Shown one piece after another: positions 28,900 to 42,142 of a DNA stretch of 64,000 nt (positions are counted from its first letter, which is position 1; each line of letters starts with the position of its first letter). Location: the NCBI GenBank assembly GCA_951406725.2, contig OX597834.1:24614001-24678000 (forward strand). The letters are read 5' to 3'. The notes under the pieces were generated by a model. It was not told the origin of the DNA. It worked only from the letters and a program-made list of their open reading frames with translations, and did not search any database. The position numbers were made by a program, and so were the translations under genes. The DNA comes from Octopus vulgaris (taxonomy: Eukaryota).

Positions 28900-31270
28900 T
28901 AGTAACAGATATGATGAGATAGATTTAAGAATAAGAATGTTTAAACTAGCCATGGTAACTTAAAGGTGACAATAACTTAAGGATTACAAACAACGAGAAC
29001 GCAAGCATGGGCACTTGAGACTTAAAACAGACACAAACATCAATATCACCAGGTTAATTGCAATAATGTACACATCAGTCACAATAGTTATAAGGAAAGT
29101 GTGTATTCCCTCAGGACTAATCAAATAGGAATATCAATGAAAAATTAAGATGGAAAACAAATATACAGAAAATGATAGAAAATACGAGAAAATATCTCTC
29201 GGTCCTTCATGAAATCAATGAGAAAACAACTGAAAAAAAAAAGAGGAAAAGAGACAATAACTACATAAATATATATGTCTTTATTGCCCACAACGGGCTA
29301 AACATAGAGGGGACAAACAGGGGCAGACAAACGGATTAAGTCGATTACATCGACCCCAGTGCGAAACTGGTACTTAATTTATCGACCCCGAAAGGATGAA
29401 AGGCAAAGTCGACCTCGGCGGAATTTGAACTCAGAACGTAATTGAAGACGAAATACGGCTACGCATTTCGCCCGGCGTGCTAGCGATTCTGCCAGCTTGC
29501 CGCCTTTAACTAAATAAATATAATTACGGTAAGAAAAGAAGGCCATATATATATATATCCGATGTCAAAGAATTTCTGAAACAGGAAATTCTCGTAAAAT
29601 TTCAAGGAAACCAGTGGTATGAAAGCAACATTTTATTAATTAAAATAAATAGATTGATTTAAAACTAAAACAATTTTATGAAGAGCTTGATTAAACTCAA
29701 ATGTTTGGAAACTTGTCCAGAACAGGATTGAATTTGGTTAAACTTCTGGTTAACATATTTAATACAAACACTTAAGGCGCTAACAAAGAAATCAAATGAG
29801 ACGGCGATAGAAACAATTCCGTGAACAGAGCATAACGTTGATGTTGATGATAGTTGGGAGAGGTTCAGTCGATTACACCAAGCCCAGTTTTCAACTAGTA
29901 ATAATTGTATCGTTCTCGAAAAGATGAAAGTCGACCTCGACGAAATTTGAACTCAGAACATAAAGCCCGAAGAAATGCAACTAAGCATTTTGTCCGGCGT
30001 TACTAATGGTTCTGCCAGTTGATAAAATATGTAAACTGCTGATTTGTAATAAGATACACTACCCAAGGACAGACATGGATCGCCTTTACCTTCCCAGGGC
30101 CCAAGGAGATCTAGGCTTGATCAAAATTGAAAACTCTACCAAAACCATCTCAAATGGACTGACCAAATCTCTTGAAACCGCTAACGACTGCTCGCTAGAA
30201 CTCGTTGAAAGTCACCATAGGCGTAAGAAACTTCATTCTGTTATAAAGGAGAGCAAAAAATTTTACCCAGGCTGAACAGCATGATGGAAGTTCTTGCGAA
30301 GAAGGTGAATTTAATGGAAAAGGGAAAAGTGAATGAACAATTGACTGACAGTTGGGAGCAGAAACCTCTGCATGGCAAATATGTGTCCCGTAGCAAACAA
30401 AGCTGATGTAGACCAGAAGCACACCCATCTGTGGCTACGGAGCTCAGGGCTAAAGGCAGAGAGCAAAGGTTTTATCATAAATGCTGAACATTAAAGGTTA
30501 TTGTTGAAAAATGGAGTAGATCTAAAATGCTAATTCTGCAATGATGTGATTGAAACAGTGGACCACCTGATCGCTGGATGTGAAGTCCAGAGATTTGATT
30601 TATACACCAGCTGAGTATATATCAAAACATGACAGAGTTGGCCAATATCTGTACTGGTTAATATAACTGAAGGAAGCTATAACTGAAGGAAAGAAATCCT
30701 TTGGGACTTTCCAGTACGTACAGACTGAACCATCAAAGACAATGAATCGGATATTGTTGTAAAAGACAAACACAATAAAGTCTCTTTACTGATCGACATA
30801 AATATTGCTTCTGATCGTAATATCTTGGCAAAAAGACTTGACAAACTCAGAAAGTATAAAGATTTGAGATGGAATAAACGTGGCATCTCAAGAAGGTTAC
30901 AATACTAACCATTGTAGGAACACTTGGAATAATCAAATATAGAATTGAAAATTATTTGAGAATGATTCCTGACTTACTATCCATGCTAGAAGTGCAAATG
31001 ATTGTTTTAACTGGTACGTCATACGTATTGAGAACATTGTCGCTGTGAGAAAGATTACAAACCTTATAATTTTTTTCTTTTTTACCTTCTTTCTTTTCAC
31101 TTTACTTTACACAACTTCATTTTGTAAATGAACAATTTTGTGCGTATATTTCAGTGGCCTATCAATGTATACAGTGAGATTTTAGTACCTTAGATGTCGG
31201 GAAGACACTCCGCAAGAAATGGAAAAATAATTGAAAGGAGAAAAACTCTTAACGACAACCATAATAATAA
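28900..31270 (+). mobile_element. R4/Dong-like RLE non-LTR retrotransposon, fragmented, with SINE insertions
   Basis: WKTNIQKMIENTRKYLSVLHEI (~29150); HYPRTDMDRLYLPRAQGDLGL (~30057); KPLHGKY..WLRSSGLKAE; KC*FCNDVIETVDHLIAGC (CCHC); KHDRVGQYLYW; ILWDFPVRTD..ESDIVVKDK..LIDI (RLE); ends in ATAATAATAA ~31261. RT core largely deleted; 5' boundary uncertain. Confidence 0.85.
29278..29506 (-). mobile_element. SINE family A, full length
   Basis: Reverse complement of 23680-23913; flanked by similar TAACTACATAAATA/TAACTAAATAAATA. Confidence 0.92.
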
Positions 31271-31274
31271 TGAT

Positions 31275-31486
31275 TTCAAATTTTGACACAAGGCCAGTAA
31301 TTTAGGGAAAGTGGGTAGGTCGATTACATCGACCCCAGTTCTAAATCGGCACTTATTTTAGTGATCCTGGGTGGATGAAAGGCAAAACATGACGACAGTG
31401 GGATATGAACTCAGAACGTAAAGCTGGATAAAATGCCGCTAAGTAGTTTATCCTGTCCAGTAACGATTCAGCCAGCTCGTCGCCTT
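31275..31486 (-). mobile_element. SINE family A, diverged
   Basis: GGATGAAAGGCAAA...GAACTCAGAACG...GCCAGCTCGTCGCC. Confidence 0.82.
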
Positions 31487-31885
31487 AACAACAACAACAA
31501 TTCTCAATATTACAATATATACAATGTATATTTATATTGAAACAACGCTACCTACAAAAAAAAAAAAGATTGCAAAGGTAGATAGTACACATGAGTTCTC
31601 AATACCTCCACAGAGACCAAATATTATACATTCAAAATATACATGCCATTTATCTAACAGGATCTCAGATATATTAATATCCATACCAACAGAACAATAT
31701 CACATTGCCTAACGCTATTCCTCTACCTCAAGGTTTCATAAATATTACCATTGAAATATTTTTATTCAGTTTCTCCGTTGCTCAGCGTCACTGGTTTCAG
31801 AGGATTCTACTGTTGAACTTTCTTGTGTGGCCTTCCATCGCCAATCTAAGTAAGTCATCTTACTTATGTGTTTGTTTGTAGTATA

Positions 31886-31933
<48 letters not shown>

Positions 31934-31992
31934 AGTGAAGAATGGAAAGTTCTGTATACACGTGGGATAGGTATATGAGAAAGAAAAAATAT

Positions 31993-32269
31993 AAAGTCAC
32001 AGAATGTTTGTATATTAAAGTATATGGTGATATTAGAATCATATTACATCATTACATCATTACAAATTAAATATGTACCAGTTTCACGATCAAACGATTT
32101 TTAAAAGATGGCATCCTATTGACAACAAAAAAGTTTTCTTTATGTAAGTTGATAATCGTTTGGGCGTGAAACCGGCACTTATTTAATTTGTAATGATATA
32201 ATAATGTAATATGATCCTAATGATCCTAATATCATCATAACCTTTATTATACAAACTTTCTGTGACTTT
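31993..32269. repeat. Inverted repeat, ~107-bp arms with ~55-bp spacer
   Basis: AAAGTCACAGAATGTTTGTATATTAAAG...GTACCAGTTTCACGATCAAACGATT pairs with AATCGTTTGGGCGTGAAACCGGCAC...CTTTATTATACAAACTTTCTGTGACTTT. Confidence 0.85.
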
Positions 32270-32408
32270 TACATATCATATATATCACCATCACCATCAC
32301 GTAACCGACCAGTCCATCAGATGTAGTTACACATCGCTGGTCACAATGCGTTTGCATTGTTTTAGCCTTCGAATGACGCCACCCCGCTGGCTAAGCGAGC
32401 AGGCCAAT

Positions 32409-32450
<42 letters not shown>

Positions 32451-32661
32451 TATTCACTGGTGATCGTAAGATTGTGGCTTCGATTCCTGGATCCGGAGTT
32501 GCAATGTGTTGTTGAGTAAAACATTATACTTCACGGTGCTCCAGTCACGTGACAAAAATTAATAGTCTTGTAACAGACCGGCGTTCCATTTAGGGAGGAA
32601 TATATACGCTAGAGAAACCAGGAAACCGGTCCTATGCTCCTTAGGAGTAACATGGACTAAC

Positions 32662-32712
<51 letters not shown>

Positions 32713-32889
32713 CATAAATGACAAAAAGTAATTTGATGAAAACCGCCTTTTTAATTTTGCGTGTCGCATGCACAATGTAGGTCACAATGTGCGGCACGGA
32801 CAATTGATTGTTCACTATGCACAATTCATTTATGAAGGTCGTTCGGCAAGAGATGAACGTTCATACGTCGTCTTCGACGGGAGAGCCCG

Positions 32890-32957
<68 letters not shown>

Positions 32958-33013
32958 ATATAAATATATATATATATATATACACGCACACAAATACACA
33001 TCTCTCTGTCACA

Positions 33014-33044
<31 letters not shown>

Positions 33045-33212
33045 TTTTATATATGTAAAACACGCACGTATATATGCTAATGTGTGTGTGTGTGTGTGTA
33101 TGTGTGCATATGTGTGTATACATATAACACATACGCATAGGCTTGCTTACAGCCATGCAGAGTCACATATTTATGATTTTAATCCTACAGAAGTTAAGAT
33201 TTAAACACACAC

Positions 33213-33269
<57 letters not shown>

Positions 33270-33380
33270 TACAATATTATTATTTTGTCAAAAGTACAAC
33301 TAATCTACACACAAAAACACACCTGTCAGCTAGCAACAAACATATCTATATGTATATTCTTTTATTCTTTTATTATATAT

Positions 33381-33457
<77 letters not shown>

Positions 33458-34548
33458 CACGCACACACATATGCACATGCACATACATACATACAACTGT
33501 CAACAAACCAAAACGTGACGTCATATTTAATCCTTTTTTTTCTGTTACCATAGAAACCATTCATTAGCATTTTGAGTGAGTGGGGGAGTGTGTGGAGTGT
33601 TTTAAGATATAATTTAGATAATTACATTTTTATATGTTTAAACATTTCAAATCATCAACATGATAATCATCACCATCATCATCACATCAACCTCTTCCTG
33701 CTCCTCCTGCTCTGCCTGTTCCTCCTCCTCCTAACCATCATCATCATCGCCACCATCACGATTATACTCATCTGCCTCTTTCCTTCCTCTCCTCCCCATC
33801 CACATTATCATCATCGCCTTCATCATTATCACCATAAGAACACAGCCCAACTCCAGACCTCCATTAATCTACACTCCACCATTATTTACACTACATCACG
33901 ATGCACCATATTACTCTATAATAATTAGATACAATGTGGATGTTGGATTCATGATTGTAAGATTGTAGTTTCGATTCCTGGACTTCATTTCACGTAGCTC
34001 CCGTCGACTCAGCCAACAAAAATGAGAAGTCCTGTGACGGACTGGCGTCTCGTCCAGATGATAAATATATGCGCCATAGAAGGGGGAAAACTGGCCTCAT
34101 GAGTCTGGATTACTTGGGAAGGAACCTTACGAGGGTGGCGAGCTGGTTGGATCGTCAGAACACCAAGCAAAATGTTTAGCACCATTTCGACTGTCTTTAC
34201 GCTGTGAGATCAAACTCCGCCGTTGTTGACTTTGCCTTTCTTTCTGTCGGCGTCGATAGTAATTTGTTTCGAATTTTTTGACTTCTTACAACAAACCCTT
34301 CAGCGATACTGGTTCCACGTTGTAAGGTACCGAGGTTGGCGGTATTTTCACTTGGCTGATGAACTGTCGTAAACAGAGATGCGTTGTGTAATGAATAAAT
34401 ATCGAAATCATGGAGAGGTCAGACTTGCAAGTCAACTACTACCTTTCCTCAAAAATTCTTGCCCAGATTTGCACAACCCCGCAACCAACACACACCCCTG
34501 TATGTAATGTACTATTGTTTAGTGTAGTTAGTGTGGTACATTTATTGT

Positions 34549-34923
34549 GTGGTGGCGCAATGGCCCAGTGATTAGGGCAGCGGACTCGCGGTCATAGGAT
34601 CGCGGTTTCGATTCCCAGACCGGGCGTTGTGAGTGTTTATTGAGCGAAAACACCTAAAAGATCCACGAGACTCCGGCAGGGGATGGTGGTGATACCTGCT
34701 GTACTCTTTCACCACAACTTTCTCTCACTCTTACTTACCTGTATTTCAAAGGGCCGGCCTTGTCACTCTCTGTGCCACACTGAATATCCCCTAGAACTAC
34801 GTTAAGGGTACACGTGTCTGTAGAATGCTCAGCCACTTACACGTTAATTTCACGAGCAGGCTGTTCCGTTGATTCGGATCAACCGGAACCCTCGTCGTCG
34901 TAACCGACGGAGTGCTTCCAAAA
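34549..34923 (+). mobile_element. tRNA-derived SINE family C, full length, 11-bp TSD
   Basis: GGCGCAATGGCCCAGTGATTAGGGCAGCGGACTCGCGG...GGTTTCGATTCCC head; ACATTTATTGT at 34538-34548 and 34924-34934. Confidence 0.95.
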
Positions 34924-35474
34924 ACATTTATTGTAAACTATGTATAAGGCAGCGAGCTATTACAATTATATTTGTACACTGTGCAAAATGTTAGGCAGCA
35001 TTACACTCGGTATTTTATGTTCTGATTTTGAATTTCGCCAAGGTCAACATTGCCTTTTATCTATTCGGATTCGATAAGATAAAATTGCAGTCAAGTTTCT
35101 AGTAAGCCTTCCACAAAGCATTTCAGGTCTTGTGCCTTTCGCAGAAACAATTGTAGTGTAGGCACGACTTACTGTCGTGTATTTTGCTTTGTTACTGTCG
35201 ATGTTGTTGTTTATGTGGTTGTTATTACTAAAAGTTTGTTACTGATGTTGTTAATATTCTTAAAAGGCGGAAAGCTGGCAGAATGTGTTAACGCACAGTG
35301 GGCAAAATGCTTAGCCGAGGTCGACTTTGCCTTTCATCTGTTTCGGCGTCGATAAAATAAGTACCAGTTGTGCACTGGGCTCGATGCAATCTACTTATCG
35401 CACTTACTGGAAAGTGTTGGCCTTGTACCAAAGTTTGAAACCTATATTGTTATAATTACAATTATTGCTATCGC

Positions 35475-35915
35475 TGCTTTGTTTCGTCCCTAGTATGAGA
35501 AATCCGAAACGTGGTCCTTTGCTATTCGTAAGACCCGCAGAAGAGAAAGCAGGTCAACCCCCGACACCGACTGATGGATGAATGCGCATTCAGGTCAGCG
35601 GTTGCGTAGGAAGTCGGGGACAAGAAACAGGAAGAAAGAGTGATAGAAAGTTGGAGCGAAAGACTACAATAGGGGTCGCCACCATCCCCTGTCGGAGCCT
35701 TGTAAACTAGGTATAATGCAGCGAGCTATTACAATTATATTTGTACGCTGTGCAAAATGTTAGGCAGCATTACACTCGGTATTTTATGTTCTTATTTTGA
35801 ATTCCACCAGTATTTTCGCTCAATAAACACACACACAACGTCCGGTCTGGGAATCGAAACCTCGATCCTCCGACTGCGAGTCCGCTGCCCTAACCACTGG
35901 GCCATTGCGCCTCCA
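35475..35915 (-). mobile_element. SINE with head C and a different tail, interrupted by a 110-bp local duplicate
   Basis: Head GGAGGCGCAATGGCCCAGTGGTTAGGGCAGCGG on the minus strand; 35700-35809 is a copy of 34931-35040. Confidence 0.85.
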
Positions 35916-36344
35916 CTTGCTATCGCGGTTGCAATTGGTGTTGATGTCACACTTATTATTGGCGCTGCTATCGTACTTACTATTGTAGTTGCTACACTTG
36001 CAATTATTATTGTTGTTATTGTTGTTGTTGTAAATTCCATAATGATTTTTATCTTGCTTTATATTTGTTATATACAGCTGTAGTTGTTAGATATTGCAGC
36101 TACATTCGTTGATGTGGTTGTTGTTTATGCTCTTGTTGTGTTGTGGTTACTGTTGCTGCTGTTGTTTTCTCTTATTCTTATTTAAAACAACAATCTATTT
36201 TGGTTTGTTTTATTAAATTTCTATTTTAACACAAATTTTTGACTTTTTTCAGGAAAAAAATATTTTTCTGTTTTCAATTTTCATAACGGAACTGGGAGGT
36301 AATGAAGGAGAAAGAGAGACATGCAGAAGCAGTCACACATTCAC

Positions 36345-36808
36345 ACACACATACATACATACGTACGTACATACATACATACATACATATATATGTACAT
36401 ACATACATACATACATACATGCATACATACATATATGCGTACATAGATACGTACATACATGCATACTTACATACATACGTACATACATACATATATACAT
36501 ACATGCATACATACATACATGCATACACGCATACATACATACATACATACATACATACATACACACATACATACATACGTATATACATACATACATACAT
36601 ACATACATGCATACATACATACATACGTATATACATACATACACACATACATACATACGTATATACATACATACACACATACATACATACATATACATAC
36701 ATACATACATACATACATACATACATACATACATACGTATATACACGTACATACATACATACATACATATACACGTACATACATACATACATACATACAT
36801 ACATACAT

Positions 36809-36845
<37 letters not shown>

Positions 36846-36890
36846 TAGACAGACAGACAGACAGACAGACGGACAGGCAGACGGACGGGC
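36345..36890. repeat. (TACA)n followed by (CAGA)n compound microsatellite
   Basis: Direct reading. Confidence 0.97.
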
Positions 36891-37404
36891 AGATAAAGAG
36901 ACAGAAGGAAGAAAATCTGAGAAAGAAGGTGAGAGTTGGGTGAGGAAGTATTAAGAGAACGTGTTGAGATGGGAATAATAATAACAATAATGGTGGTGGT
37001 GGTGGTGGTGATTGGCGGGTGTGATGGTGGTGTTACTGAAGAGAGTATGGAGAAGGGAAGGGGAGGAAGAATTGAAATAAAGACAGAGTGAGAGAGAGAG
37101 AGAGAGGCGAAGACACAGACAGAAAGTGAGAGAGTGAGAGAGATAAAGACACAAAGAGACAGAGACAGACAGACAGAGATAAGTAGAGACAGAGAGAGTG
37201 AAAGAAAGAGAATCAGAGAGAGTGGGAGAGAGTGAGAAAGAGAGTAAGAGAGAGAGAGAGAAAAATAAAGAGACAGAGAGAAATCGGAAGAAAGTGTAAG
37301 AGAGAAAAGGGACAAGGGAAAAAACAATAAGAATAAAGTGAGTGAGAGAGAGAACAGAAGAGGGGAGAGAGAAGCGGAGAAAGAAATATAGAGAGGAGAA
37401 ATAG

Positions 37405-37464
<60 letters not shown>

Positions 37465-37644
37465 AAGCAGAGTTTGTGAAATAAAGACAAAGAGAAAGAA
37501 AGAGCGAGAGAGAGGGGGGAAGCGAGAGAAAAAGAGAGAGAAGAGAAAGAAAGAGGGCGAAAAATAGAGGAATCCACGTTTTGAAATTAAATTTTTATAT
37601 ACTTTAGAAGAGGTGAATTATTTTATCTTTATAATATTCTTTTA

Positions 37645-37988
37645 TTCTTTTACTTGTTTCAGTAATTTGGCTGCGGCCATGCTGGAACACCGACATTGGA
37701 AGCCTAATGCTTATTCTATCGATCACTTTTACCGAACCGCTAAGTTACGGGGACGTAAACACACCAACATCGGTTGTCAAGCGACGATGGGGGGGACAAA
37801 CACAGGCACACAAACATATAATATATACTACGGGCTTCTTCCAGTTTCCGTCTACCAAACCCCCTCACAAGGCTTTGGTCTGCCTGAGGCTATAGCAGGA
37901 AACACTTGCCCAAGGTGTCACACAACGGGACTGAACCCAGTACCATGTGGTTGGCAAGCTAGCTTCTTAACACAGCCATGCCTGCGTT
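37645..37988 (-). mobile_element. SINE family B, diverged
   Basis: Homology to 10075-10497. Confidence 0.85.
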
Positions 37989-38089
37989 TATGATTTTATT
38001 CCCTTTTTGTTTATGGTTGATCGTCTTTATTCAGTTTTTTTTTATGAGATTTAAACCAACGTATGGATGAGTGTATGTATGCATGTGGC

Positions 38090-38385
38090 GATTGTTTTTC
38101 CTCCTGCTCAGACTTTCAAGTTTCTTCCTCTTTCCGAAGAAGAGCTATGCTCGAAACGTAAAACTTCTACTCTTTTCTTTCTCTGAGCGTCTTATTAATA
38201 CATTACTTGTGCCACGTCCAAACGTTTTTTTTTCTTCTTTTTCTCTATGTCTTATTGAATTGGCTATATATATAGGCTCGAAACGTAAAAGACTTTCTCA
38301 TTTCCCGAGCGTTAAACTAATACATCTGTTTGTTGTTTACCCACCCGTCTTCGTCTTTTGTTTTGTTTGTATTTTTGTAAATTCC

Positions 38386-38388
<3 letters not shown>
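38090..38388 (+). mobile_element. Penelope-LTR-like repeat with minimal hammerhead-like motif (two partial tandem units)
   Basis: TTT-CCGAAGA-A-GAGC tat GCTC-GAAACGTA-AAA at 38131-38163; second GGCTCGAAACGTAAAAG at 38275; related to 44410-44605, 50180-50345 and 50672-50860. Confidence 0.7.
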
Positions 38389-38481
<93 letters not shown>

Positions 38482-38725
38482 GTGTATGATTATATGTATG
38501 TATGTGCGTGTGTGTGCGTATGTGTATATCTATGTATGTACACATACATACATACATATATGCACACATACGCATAAACACATGCGCGTGCATTGGTGTA
38601 TACATGTTTCTATATGTGGCGTATGTGGATGAGTATGTGTGTATGAGTATATATGTGTGTGTACATATATATAAATGAACGAGCTCTAGTTTGTACTCTA
38701 ATAGTTTTTTAATGGAACACATCTC

Positions 38726-38764
<39 letters not shown>

Positions 38765-38860
38765 CATACATACATACACACACAAACACACACACACACA
38801 TATATATATATATTGAAAGATTGATACAGAAGACGGAGTGTAATAAGAAGCATTTATTAA

Positions 38861-38963
38861 CACAGCAACTGTTTCAGCTTCATGTTGCACTGCACCTTAA
38901 TGGGCGTGCAACGATGCAATAACACCAGATGCAACGCACAGTGCAAAAGAGCCTCCTCAGGTG
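38861..38963 (-). ncRNA. Hammerhead motif with long stem II, cleavage triplet degenerate
   Basis: Minus: CAC-CTGAGGA-GGCT..TTGCACTGTGC...GTGCAGTGCAA..AGCT-GAAA-CAGTTG-CT-GTG, then TTAATAAA. Confidence 0.55.
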
Positions 38964-39239
38964 GCATAAGATGATTAACAAGGTTTACATTTCGATTTCG
39001 CTTCAAGCTATTTGGTGAGATTCTAGCAGCTCAAGTCCATTTGTTAAAGTGAGGAAAATTTGGTTAGGAATAAGATGAAAGAATAAAAACACAAAGCATC
39101 TAATTCTGATATTTGTGGTCAAGAAGTTATCGCTAAAGAAATGAAAAATAAAAAATAAGAATCCAGTGTCTATGGAGGGGCATCAGATAGAAGGACTCAA
39201 CGTGTGTAAGCATTTGATGTCTGGTGGCTAGGCCAGTCA

Positions 39240-39522
39240 AATATATAGGAAACTACCACCTGTATCATCTTTTGTGGAAGGTAGAAGAGTCCAGTTTGCT
39301 GGACATTGTTGTAGAGCCGAAAACGAGGTAATTTCTATTCTTCTCCTTTGGAAGCCATCTGCTCGCGATACCAGAGGGCGCACACTCTTCTACTCAGATG
39401 TAATCTCCAGGGATACAGGCATCCAGCGACAGGGCCTCCGCAATGCTATGATGGACCGTGAAGTCTGGCGTAACATAGTAAATTCCGTTGTCTCGACCAC
39501 GGTCGAACAATAATGATGATGA
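39240..39522 (+). mobile_element. 3' end of an RTE-clade LINE
   Basis: IYRKLPPVSSFVEGRRVQFAGHCCRAENEVISILLLWKPS..RGR..AMMDREVWRNIV, followed by a (TGA)n tail. Confidence 0.85.
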
Positions 39523-39729
39523 GTCAAGTATAACACCATGGTCAGACACAGGTCTTTTGACATTGTGACTGCCAACGTTTAGAGTCTAGGTTCTCAAACT
39601 TTTTGGGCTACCGCCCTTCTCATGGGTACATAATACCCTCAACGCCCCCACCCCTATTTTTATATATAAGTAAATATTTTATCGTGAAGCATTTTTGCCA
39701 CTTAAATGTGGTTAACCCCTAAGGGTGGA

Positions 39730-39885
39730 TGCTACTGTATCTTGTAGCCCCAGGAGGACACCTCCTCCAGTTGGCTATTGACACACTTTCTGTGCCCTAT
39801 CAGTATTTGCAAAGGGAAGCAATCCTTCCCGTCTTCAACCTATTATACACATGGACTCGAGTTTCTGGGTATTGATTGTGTGTGA
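39730..39885 (-). mobile_element. Second copy of the HHR-headed element (5' half of ribozyme lost)
   Basis: Minus: CACACAC aatcaat ACCCAGAAACTCGAGTCCATGTGTAT...AGCCAACTGGAGGAGGTGTCCTCCTGGGGCTACAAG. Confidence 0.7.
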
Positions 39886-40219
39886 CAACCACGAGTTTAT
39901 CTCTTTATTATAGGCACAAGGCCTGAATTCAGAGAGGACATACACAAACATGCGGGAACAAAAAAACATATGAAAGAATGAATTACAATGAATTAAATTA
40001 TAATGAATATGAGACGGTTTTCTCGGTCCCGCTCTGAGACGAAACCGCGATTACATTTTTACAATTAAACGTTCTTACAGTCTTTTTTCTTTTTTCCTTT
40101 TTTAATTTGTTCTTTTTCTTAGACTTTTGTTTTTTGTATCGTTTTTTTTTTCTTTTTCTTTATACATTTTAACAGTCTATTTTCCTCTTTTTTTATGAAG
40201 TATAAATTTTACTTATTTT

Positions 40220-40690
40220 TAAATGTTCATAAAGGGTTTCAAATCTTCTAATTCCACGACCGGTGGGAGCTCCTCAAACTCGACTTCAACCCCCAGCGGG
40301 TCTATGAAAAATTCATACATCTCTCTTAATTTCAAATATCTCGCTTTATCTATGACTATTGCTTTAGTGTATTTTTTTCTTCACTTTTCTTCTCCTCTTC
40401 GTTTTCCTTCTCGGGACATCTTGCTTTCATGTGCCCCTTTTTTGCCGCATAGGAAGCATGTTGGTGGTCTTCCTTCTACTGTTATTCGAAGTCTGCTGTC
40501 TTCCGGGAGTGTTATTTCCTCCGTTATACTGTGCAAGTCTTCCAAAGATACCTGCATGGTCACTTCGAGGCTATATCCCCACCAATTGGTCTTTGGGGTC
40601 CTCTTCATCTTGAGGATCCCTACTCCATCCTTCATATCGTGCATAATGGCTGCTACCAGCCATTCTTCCTCGATTTCCCTTCGTTCCCTT
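40220..40690 (-). mobile_element. LINE ORF1 (gag-like, zinc knuckle) fragment, Tx1/L1-like
   Basis: ORF 40381-40644: ITLPEDSRLRITVEGRPPTCFLCGKKGAH (CX2CX4H knuckle preceded by V.G.P). Confidence 0.65.
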
Positions 40691-41239
40691 CGTTAAATTG
40701 ATTCACAAAATCAGCCCCCTTTAATTTTTACTCAAATTTTTTTCAATTTTGGTGTATCCCTGCAGTTCTGAGCTTTGATTTCGCTCAACTAATTACTCTT
40801 AATTTAAGAATCGGATGTTATTTAAGAATCTGATGTTATTTAGAATTAAGGTTGGAAAATTTGGGTAATTTTAGCCAATCAACAGACAGCGAAGCATTAA
40901 CAATTTGTTACCATAACAACCGCACGTTGCTTTGCGTGTCACTTCACCCGTGTGTTGTGTTGTGTGGATTCTTCACACCAAGAGATTCGCCTCACCCGCG
41001 TGTTTCGTTTTAATAAAAATTTATATTTATCAATTAGAATTTTATTGTAGATATTTTTCATCAATTGTCTTAATATTTTACATATTTTCCACATATGTTT
41101 CATATGTAAATCCTTAAAAATGTTTTAGCCCGAAGGCTGCGGTTATGCTGGGGCTACATTTATTTCGTGAAGTTTTTCTGTTTACTTTGTCAGTGTGTTT
41201 TTCAGTTTTTATCTACATTCAAGCCATTTAATTGTATCA

Positions 41240-41420
41240 CTTTGAAGGAACTTTTGAAAACAGAGGCGAATGCAGTAAATTATTTACAAGAAAAGGGTGT
41301 TATCCCCAACAAAAAGAGGTGCAGGAAATAAATCTAGGCACAACATGAGTAAGAAAGTGGTTCGTGGGAATTTGTGCTGGTGGCACACTTACAAGGGTTG
41401 CAACGAATGCCTGTCAGTTT
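41240..41420 (+). mobile_element. Merlin (IS1016/ISXO2-like) transposase N-terminal fragment
   Basis: LKELLKTEANAVNYLQEKGVIPNKKRC...HNM...LCWWHTYKGCNECLSV matches the pattern of eukaryotic Merlin N-terminal zinc-finger regions, recognised from memory. Confidence 0.5.
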
Positions 41421-41818
41421 AAACCCAGGCCAGAATGAGCCATTCGGTATTTTCATTGAAGATGTAGGACAACATTATTTAATGTGTCCTTCATTTTAAA
41501 AATGTTAGTGTGAGAGAGATTTGACTGTTATTTATAGCAAATTAAGCAACCATACAGAGATTACCTCATTGGCTCATTTGCTGACGTGTATAAATAAACA
41601 AAGGCTAAAGGAAATGGATCTTCATCTGTTTCTAGGATGATCATTCCAGCTGTATGAACAACTGAACTGGTTACATATTCAACTGGTACTTATTTTATCA
41701 ACCCTCAAGGATGAAAGGCAAAGTCGACCTAGGTAGAATTTGAACTCACAATGTAAAGCATTTTACCCAGTGTGCTAATGATTCTATCAGTTTGAGGTCT
41801 TATTAATATAACAGATTA

Positions 41819-41884
<66 letters not shown>

Positions 41885-42142
41885 CAGTATGGCCACAGCT
41901 CATAAGCTGAAACTAGAATCAATCAATCAATCAATCATACAAAACACTATAGAAATCAATGAAGAGACAAGAAAAACAGTAAGATGATACATGTTGACTT
42001 TATTAGGTAACAGGTCATTTCACAGCCGCTAAACTGTAAATTTCACAGACTACAACCTTAAAGTTGACACCGCTAAGTTGACATCGCTAAGTTAGAGTAA
42101 TAATATAAATTATCAGATGGATCTTTATTGGATCTTTATTGC

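Noticed and set aside
35478-35522. CTAGTATGAGAAATCCGAAACGTGGTC, hammerhead-like
   Set aside because: The first core is not CUGANGA, stem II is 1 bp and there is no stem I; it is part of a SINE tail.
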